Below are positions 58,035 to 64,000 of a DNA stretch of 64,000 nucleotides, piece after piece. This stretch comes from an uncultured virus (IMG/VR IMGVR_UViG_3300034101_005937) (Duplodnaviria > Heunggongvirae > Uroviricota > Caudoviricetes). The notes beneath the pieces are model-generated. The model saw only the letters and a list, made by a program, of their open reading frames with translations, ran no database searches and was not told where the DNA came from. Within the stretch, counting starts at the first letter, position 1, and each line of letters starts with the position of its first letter. A program made the position numbers and the translations under genes. The stretch lies in the IMG/VR virus record IMGVR_UViG_3300034101_005937, positions 1 to 64,000 of that record, one strand, 5' to 3'.

Positions 58035-58875
58035 TTTTCAATAATTTTCTTTTGGTTCTTGCAGGAGTTTCAATAACCTTGCAAGAACCGTCTTTATTTA
58101 AATTCTTTTGCTTTTGTTTTACGAATGTTGTGCTGTCTTTTTTATCATAGCTACTAATATTGTTGTTGCCACCTGATGTAAATTTTTGAACATTATATTG
58201 AGCATAAAATCTAGCAGCTTTTTGAGCATTAACATCCCCAGCATTAATCATTTGCTCAGTCATAGTCCAATCTGATGTAAATGACTGTCTATGAACAGGA
58301 ACTAATTGTGCAATTGGAGTTTTATCACTAGGCTTAAATCTAATTGGTTTAAATTTTTGTGTGAATACAAGGTTCATCCATATGTCATACTGCATCCAGT
58401 CTGTTTCAAGCATACCTTCCATGATGTAGTAATGTTGCCGTTCAGGAAAGTTTATAGGTGATCTAATTTGCAAACACCAATTTGGATTAGTTTTAAATAT
58501 GCATCCTGTGTAAACCTGAACGACCCCTGCTTCAACCAATCCATATGTAAATTTTGATCTTCCCGTTCCAGTACTGCACCATTTTTCCATCTTAGCCAAT
58601 TCTGGTGCTCTTAAAATGCTAGAAATTATTCCGTAATCTGAATCGTCATATTCTTCATAATTTTTATAAGTAAAATCTTTACCTCCATGCCAAGTGATCT
58701 CAAAGTCTATAGGAGGATATATCCAGAAACCCATTTGGTTGGCAATCTTGTATGGCATACACCACTTGATGCCATTCTGGTCGGCACTTTCATTGAGAGT
58801 TTTTTCTGCTCTTGCGATTCTACAGGCTTGTGGATGAGTTTTAAAAACTTCAAGATTTAACTGTTCTTCTCGCAT
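58003..58875 (-). CDS. DUF6065-like protein
   Basis: C.P...ANQMGF.I..P, RSPIN, EGMLETDW, PIAQLVP. Confidence 0.65.
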   Translation of the reverse strand: MREEQLNLEVFKTHPQACRIARAEKTLNESADQNGIKWCMPYKIANQMGFWIYPPIDFEITWHGGKDFTYKNYEEYDDSDYGIISSILRAPELAKMEKWCSTGTGRSKFTYGLVEAGVVQVYTGCIFKTNPNWCLQIRSPINFPERQHYYIMEGMLETDWMQYDIWMNLVFTQKFKPIRFKPSDKTPIAQLVPVHRQSFTSDWTMTEQMINAGDVNAQKAARFYAQYNVQKFTSGGNNNISSYDKKDSTTFVKQKQKNLNKDGSCKVIETPARTKRKLLKIKQKEIGDRQ

Positions 58876-58920
58876 TTCCTTGCCCTCTTAATAATTTAAA
58901 AGAGTAAAGCAAAACAACCC

Positions 58921-58949
58921 TTGACCTAGTTGGTGAAATTGTCTAAGCT
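58921..58949 (+). promoter_or_regulatory. sigma70-type promoter, leaderless configuration
   Basis: TTGACC-17-TAAGCT, 6 nt, then ATG 58956. Confidence 0.6.
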
Positions 58950-58955
58950 TGTTTC

Positions 58956-60275
58956 ATGTGGGAAGAGAATCCCATGTTAACGCCAAGGAAGTTACACATG
59001 AAAGCAGTTGATGTTGAAGCCGGTCTGTATCGTGTTGCTTTTGCTGATATTAAACCAGCTAAAGATTTTGATGAGTTTGAGTTTTCTTTCTTCAATCCTA
59101 GAATTCTCGATAACAATAAAAAAGAAATGTACGGATTTTCTAAGGAAGAAATCGATAGTCTTAAAGAATCTATCAGAAGCAAAGGATTGATGGAAAATCT
59201 TAACATCAATGCCAATAACGGAGAATGTGGTCTTCTTGATGGTCATCGCCGACACGAAGCTATTTCTCAGTTAATCAGTGAAAACGCTCCTTGCTTTGAC
59301 AATCATACCAACCAGTGGGTGGCAGCTAAAGATCTTTACAAAGAAGTTATTGTAAAGGTTTTTAATAACCTTTCACCAGCTGATTGTTTCAGCAGGGCTT
59401 TTGATAGTGATAGCAATAAAGTTTCTTTTGGTGAAAATGCTAGCATCCGATTTGTTGATTATTGCATCAACTTTAGGATGACAGAAAAGAAAATTGTCGA
59501 GATGTGTGGTAAAACCATTTCTTGGTTGCGCTATATTAGCAAACTGTTGTCCAAAGTTAACAAAGATCCTGTTATCAAGGATGCTTTGCTAAACGGTAGT
59601 ATTAATGCCACTGCTGCTGATTCTTTAATGGACATTGAAGAAGAGCAAGAACGCCACAATGTTTACAAGGCAGCTTTGGAAAAAGCAGAAGAAGATTTTG
59701 AAGAAAAAGTAAAAAAGACTAATCTTGCTATTAAAAACACCAACAGAAAGATAGAGATTGCTAAAAAGAAGAAAGAAGAAGCAGAAGAATTTGGTGATAT
59801 TGGAGATATTACTGATGCTGATGCTTTGCTTGAAAAGCATTCCACCACCTTGGAAATAAAGAAACGGGAGAAGAATGAAATTTCTCCAAAAATTAATACC
59901 AAAAACATTGAACAAGCTCTTGATGAAGTTGGTCTTGACATCGAATCTGATGAAGAATCAGATGATGAATCTCCAAAAGCTACCAAGAAGCCAAAGATGT
60001 CTATCAAAAGCATCAAAGATGCTTGGATGAAAGAGATTGAATCTTCTATCAACCGTGGACATATGACAGAAGAACAAGAATCAATTCCACCGATTCTCAA
60101 CAATTGCTTTATCGATATGATTAAGGCAATGTTTGATGAGAAAATCAGCTATCAAGATTTCATTTATCGCTGGACAGATAAAATGATTGATGCTGGTCTT
60201 AATTTGAATGCTGGATTCACTCAGACAAAGTCTGAACCAGAAGATGAAGATGATGATGAAACTGGCGATCTATAA
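58956..60275 (+). CDS. ParB/Srx-like protein with coiled coil and acidic tail
   Basis: NPR, IDSLKESIRSKGLMENL, LLDGHRR. Confidence 0.8.
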   Translation: MWEENPMLTPRKLHMKAVDVEAGLYRVAFADIKPAKDFDEFEFSFFNPRILDNNKKEMYGFSKEEIDSLKESIRSKGLMENLNINANNGECGLLDGHRRHEAISQLISENAPCFDNHTNQWVAAKDLYKEVIVKVFNNLSPADCFSRAFDSDSNKVSFGENASIRFVDYCINFRMTEKKIVEMCGKTISWLRYISKLLSKVNKDPVIKDALLNGSINATAADSLMDIEEEQERHNVYKAALEKAEEDFEEKVKKTNLAIKNTNRKIEIAKKKKEEAEEFGDIGDITDADALLEKHSTTLEIKKREKNEISPKINTKNIEQALDEVGLDIESDEESDDESPKATKKPKMSIKSIKDAWMKEIESSINRGHMTEEQESIPPILNNCFIDMIKAMFDEKISYQDFIYRWTDKMIDAGLNLNAGFTQTKSEPEDEDDDETGDL

Positions 60276-60297
60276 CATTTTGATTTAGTTAAAATAT

Positions 60298-60328
60298 AAA
60301 ACCCACAACAAAAGTTGTGGGTTTTTTT
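60298..60328 (+). terminator. intrinsic terminator
   Basis: aaacccacaac-aaaa-gttgtgggttt followed by a T run. Confidence 0.85.
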
Positions 60329-60351
60329 ATATACCTGATTAAATATGATAG

Positions 60352-60657
60352 ATGAAAATATCTTCTTGCCCATTTTGCGGAAAACCATTCCCTCAAATTT
60401 TGCACGATGGAATTATTTTTTGTGATAAATGCAATCACATGGTTGAAAGCTCACTTAGAAACAAATTGTTAAGCGTATTCAGATCAGTAGAAAAATATAA
60501 TGGTGTAAGTCTTAGTCAGATAAAGTATGAAGCAGAACTTGATGATCAATCATGGCAATTGATCATCAAGTCCTATGAGGATTGTTTATCATGGCAGGAA
60601 TTTCAGGAATTACTAAATAAAATGTCACTGTCATCTTCTTCTTCAAGCTTGTCTTGA
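60352..60657 (+). CDS. zinc-ribbon protein
   Basis: CPFC ... CDKC; TAAATA, 6 nt, ATG. Confidence 0.65.
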   Translation: MKISSCPFCGKPFPQILHDGIIFCDKCNHMVESSLRNKLLSVFRSVEKYNGVSLSQIKYEAELDDQSWQLIIKSYEDCLSWQEFQELLNKMSLSSSSSSLS

Positions 60658-60830
60658 CGACCAAGAAGTTCTTCTCTTGCGATCACATAGTCTTTGTCAG
60701 CATCGATACCGATTTTTACTCTTCCGTTCTTACCATAACCTTGAATTCCACAGATTGTTAAGGCAATGTCTTTGCCTTCTGGGGTTTTGATGTAAACTTT
60801 TTCGTATAACTTGCGTGTAAGTACTAACAT
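60603..60830 (-). CDS. csrA: carbon storage regulator CsrA/RsmA
   Basis: MLVLTRK..E.VYI ... VKIGIDA.KD..I.REEL; SD AGGAGG before ATG 60830. Confidence 0.88.
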   Translation of the reverse strand: MLVLTRKLYEKVYIKTPEGKDIALTICGIQGYGKNGRVKIGIDADKDYVIAREELLGRQDKLEEEDDSDILFSNS

Positions 60831-60912
60831 GAAGCCTCCTTGTATGTTTATACAAATTAAATGAGTAACGGTAACTAACTTAATTTGGATTTTCTCCTCA
60901 AGGACGCAATAA

Positions 60913-61365
60913 ATGTACAATCTAAAGACAATAACAAAAAAAGTTCCTTTATTTGTTTACGGAACATTGAAAAAGGGTGAAAGAGCTTACAATAGACTTG
61001 AAGGGTCAAAGCTCATAGCCATGGCTGAACTTCAACCAGAATATAAATTACTTAATTGTGGAAGATATCCAGCACTAGTAAAAGCCAAGAATGGTACGAA
61101 TGCTATTTCTGGCGAAATTTATGAAGTTGCTAAAGATGTTCTTGAAAATTTACACAATTATGAAGGTGTAAGTTCTGGTTTGTTTTATTTTGATTATTTG
61201 TCTTTAGGCGAAATTGAAATTGTTAATCAACCAGAAGACAATTTAACCAAAATGATGCTCAACAGAAGTCTTGCTTTTGGTTATCTTTATGTTAATCAAA
61301 ATGAAAATTTACCAGAAATAGAACACTGGTCTACTGATTTTCTCTTTTCTCTAGCCATTCGTTGA
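60913..61365 (+). CDS. gamma-glutamylcyclotransferase (AIG2-like)
   Basis: LFVYGTLKKG, YPAL, GEIYEV, L..YEG. Confidence 0.88.
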   Translation: MYNLKTITKKVPLFVYGTLKKGERAYNRLEGSKLIAMAELQPEYKLLNCGRYPALVKAKNGTNAISGEIYEVAKDVLENLHNYEGVSSGLFYFDYLSLGEIEIVNQPEDNLTKMMLNRSLAFGYLYVNQNENLPEIEHWSTDFLFSLAIR

Positions 61366-62266
61366 AACTTGGCATGTTGTGTTCTTTCAACATATATTTT
61401 TTCTTGCTTTTGCGCCATGTGCCGCCATGTTTCTTATAGTCTTTTGCTGCCCATGCATTTGCATAAGCTGAATTTCCTGTAACACATGGTTGATCATTAA
61501 TATTGGTCACCCATGTGCCTAATGATGTTTCTGGACACCAAACCATTTCATTACCAGATGGATGTATTTCAAAATTGCTTAGTAAAGGCATTCCTTCATC
61601 AACAAACAATTTGGTATAGGATTGAAATCCCATTGTAGATTCAAGCAATAATTGATCGTTCTGTTCAATAACCCATTTATGATCAAGGGTAGATGTGCAG
61701 AAATAATGTCCATCAGTGTAAATTTCATGCACAGGAGCATTTTTATGGATGTGTATGTTTTCTATTTTAACAAATTTCCTTATTCTTTCATTAAGATCAA
61801 ATGCAGCAATCTCATCTCCAACTTTTAATTCATTAACGTATTTCCACCCATCCTTAGTTAAAGCTGGATAAGATACAGGCAAACATGGATACACATCAAA
61901 TTTTCTTTTAGCTTTAGCTTTTGATTGTGCCCACAACTTGGGATTATTTGGCAAGTTTTTGCCTTCACTAAGATTTTCGTGAGATACCATAACTGGTTTT
62001 CTCCCTTTGTGATGAGGGTTTTTCTTTTCTGCTCTGCGTTTTTGGGCAGTAGCCTTTTCTTTAAGCTCAGGACTCATTGCAGCGGCTTTTTTTGCTGGAC
62101 GGCACTTGGGGTAGGCTTTCTTCTGATCGCCCTTTCTAGACCCCTTTTTGGAGCTTGCACCACATGGTGGATGTTTGCCTGATTTGTCTTTGCGAGAAAT
62201 GTCTACCCATTTCTCGTCAAACCATTTACCAAGACCTGAGTTTTTGTATGTTTCGTTAATATCCAT
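61331..62266 (-). CDS. basic phage protein (DUF5872-like) containing a mini-intein
   Basis: GLGKWFDEKWVD..PCG..YPKCRP; extein KAKRKFDVYP|SAYANAWAAKDYKKHGGTW. Confidence 0.75.
   Translation of the reverse strand: MDINETYKNSGLGKWFDEKWVDISRKDKSGKHPPCGASSKKGSRKGDQKKAYPKCRPAKKAAAMSPELKEKATAQKRRAEKKNPHHKGRKPVMVSHENLSEGKNLPNNPKLWAQSKAKAKRKFDVYPCLPVSYPALTKDGWKYVNELKVGDEIAAFDLNERIRKFVKIENIHIHKNAPVHEIYTDGHYFCTSTLDHKWVIEQNDQLLLESTMGFQSYTKLFVDEGMPLLSNFEIHPSGNEMVWCPETSLGTWVTNINDQPCVTGNSAYANAWAAKDYKKHGGTWRKSKKKYMLKEHNMPSFNEWLEKRENQ
61472..61885 (-). mobile_element. 138-aa mini-intein (Hint domain, no homing endonuclease)
   Basis: Block A CLPVSYPALTKDGWK..ELKVGD, block B T.DHKW, block F VWCPET..GTW, block G TGN followed by Ser+1. 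Confidence 0.88.
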
Positions 62267-62415
62267 GATAACATTATATATTTACCTGCAAAAAAATATT
62301 AATGACCTGTATAAATATAATTGGTTTCACATAGTGGTGGGCGTTTTTGCTGTTTCCTGCTCCGGTATGTGATTAAGGATTGTTCTGAAGATTAACAGCG
62401 TCAAGACATCCCCTG

Positions 62416-62533
62416 AAAACCGTAACAATTTGTTACGGTTTTATTTTGGATAAAGTTATGAAAGATTTTTTAGTTATTTGGCGAAGAGCCTTGGACTTAA
62501 ATGAGAATGATCACTGCTTAACAGTGATCATTC
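62416..62533. repeat. two inverted repeats in an intergenic region
   Basis: aaaaccgtaaca-att-tgttacggtttt; gaatgatcactg-cttaa-cagtgatcattc. Confidence 0.7.
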
Positions 62534-62603
62534 GTACATTCTTTTGGGTGATAAATATAATTACATGTGGTTTTATTATGGCTAATTGTACAAGACATTG
62601 GAA

Positions 62604-64000
62604 TTAATTTTTTGTCATTTCGACAAACAAACTAATTTCAGGCAACATGTCAATTGTTTCTTTAATAATTTGTTTGTTTCCATTACAAAATGTTTTCTTT
62701 TCAACAACAAATCCTGCTTTTTCACCCAACGTCTTTAAACCAGCAAAATCATATGCAATCTTATGACCTTCAAATAGCAATGACCATAATTTACCTGATT
62801 CAAATTCATTTCTAGCACAGCCATCGTTAATTTCATCAAATACATTCAATTGATTGGCTTGATAATATTTAATCAATTTATCAGCATCTGGTACTGCAAT
62901 ACGCAATACAGCACCTTTTTTCATGCAACGATAACATTCACTAAGGAAACTGATACCTTCTGCGACAGTCAAGTGTTCAAACATATGACTTGAATAAGCC
63001 AAATCAATAGTTTCATTTTGAAAAGGTAATGGATTTTGTGCATTAATTGCTAAAAACTTGTATTTGTGCCTAGATGCAAAATCTTGTAAATTCAAAACAT
63101 CAGTATTGATCCATCCGTAATGGAACATATTAATAAAGCTGCCAAAGTTAACCTTAAGTTTATTGTCGCCAGCAGGAATGTTGACAGCAATATTTCCACG
63201 CTCTAAGTCTTCTTTGTCAACAACCAATTGCGTTGATGGCATTCTTTCAAGCCACCATTCCTTAGTTCTCAAAGTACAATGAGTTTTATCAAATCCATCA
63301 TCATTTTCACCAAAATCAACACCATGCAAGCCACGCTTACTAACTCGATCCATTTCTTTCAAAACAGCATCAAGATGTTCTTCTGGAATATGTTCAAAAA
63401 CCGCTGTTGAAAACGCTAAATCAAATTCTTTGTCTTTGAAATTCCAAGGAGTCTGACAAATATCCCATTCAATCACATCATTGGTAACTCTGGTTAGTTG
63501 ACAATGATGACTGATTTCTAATCCTTTAGACCTAACTCCAGCATCATTAAATTTCTTAACCATGTACCCTCTAGCAGCACCAATCTCTAGAATGGATTCG
63601 GGATTGTGTTCCATTACTTTTTGATAAGTAACCCAGTGAACAGGATAATCCCAATATCCTTCATGAGCGTAACCGCCAACTTTGCCACCACCATTGAAGT
63701 AATGTTTGTCGAATAGACTTTTGCGATCTTCTTTTTTTGGTTTTGTAACTTCAATAATCATGTCTGTTCCTAATTCCCCATGTGGTAAAACTACTATGTT
63801 TTCAAACCCTGCTTCACGCATTAGCTTGATTGCATAAACAGGACAAAGACTGTTTCTGTGCGTGTTTTCATCATAATTCTGATCACCAAATATAATGGAA
63901 GAACTGTCATCATTCCATTCTTCTTGATTCAATACCCATTCCATTTGTCTTTTTGTGTTAGCTGTTATAAAAACGGCTTTGCCACTATCACGAAGAATTC
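62604..64000 (-). CDS. multi-domain SAM-dependent methyltransferase, 5' partial
   Basis: Frame open to the window end; ILEIGAARG..FEHI..EMDRV and SHMFEHL..ECYRCMKKGAVLRIAVPD. Confidence 0.85.
   Translation of the reverse strand, partial: ILRDSGKAVFITANTKRQMEWVLNQEEWNDDSSSIIFGDQNYDENTHRNSLCPVYAIKLMREAGFENIVVLPHGELGTDMIIEVTKPKKEDRKSLFDKHYFNGGGKVGGYAHEGYWDYPVHWVTYQKVMEHNPESILEIGAARGYMVKKFNDAGVRSKGLEISHHCQLTRVTNDVIEWDICQTPWNFKDKEFDLAFSTAVFEHIPEEHLDAVLKEMDRVSKRGLHGVDFGENDDGFDKTHCTLRTKEWWLERMPSTQLVVDKEDLERGNIAVNIPAGDNKLKVNFGSFINMFHYGWINTDVLNLQDFASRHKYKFLAINAQNPLPFQNETIDLAYSSHMFEHLTVAEGISFLSECYRCMKKGAVLRIAVPDADKLIKYYQANQLNVFDEINDGCARNEFESGKLWSLLFEGHKIAYDFAGLKTLGEKAGFVVEKKTFCNGNKQIIKETIDMLPEISLFVEMTKN

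Noticed and set aside
58943..60103. Several antisense ORFs within the ParB-like gene (and similar shadows within prkA, dnaE and the helicases)
   Set aside because: Fully nested opposite well-supported genes, without RBS or motifs; explained by codon bias
60831..60920. N-terminal extension of CsrA in the ORF track
   Set aside because: Strong SD AGGAGG and the canonical MLVLTRK start place the true start at 60830
1..64000. CRISPR array, tRNA or rRNA genes
   Set aside because: No equal-length repeat-spacer series or cloverleaf with T-loop/CCA was seen by eye; a tRNAscan run would be needed to fully exclude tRNAs
1..64000. Stop-codon reassignment as in some huge phages
   Set aside because: Conserved genes are full length and tightly packed in code 11, and TAA, TAG and TGA all terminate genes

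Overview
A gene-dense, AT-rich 64 kb segment of a large (jumbo/huge) T4-like dsDNA phage genome, read in the standard genetic code. No tRNA, rRNA or CRISPR array was seen. It carries a replication and recombination core: a divergent family A polymerase, DnaB-like helicase, UvsY-like, gp32-like SSB, RecA/UvsX, a Hel308-like helicase and a DnaE split into two genes. Also present are a dTTP pathway (dCMP deaminase, ThyX, dUTPase, dNMP kinase), host-like translation and stress genes (bS21, IF-3, CsrA, GroES, PhoH, FmdB-PrkA-YeaH-SpoVR), glycosylation genes (HldE, GT9-like, GT2, methyltransferases), PduO, an amidoligase and a GGCT. Structure not captured by gene calls: (1) about 14 unrelated proteins share a T4 capsid-targeting-like peptide, many behind TAAATA late promoters; (2) many genes appear leaderless (-10 box, 5-6 nt, then ATG), alongside phage-encoded initiation factors; (3) the DnaE is split without an intein and its junction segment is duplicated; (4) a 138-aa mini-intein sits in a small basic non-replication protein; (5) an origin-like hairpin region is bracketed by convergent sigma54-like motifs. 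All family assignments are from recognised motifs, not database searches. A Planctomycetota-like host is a weak inference.
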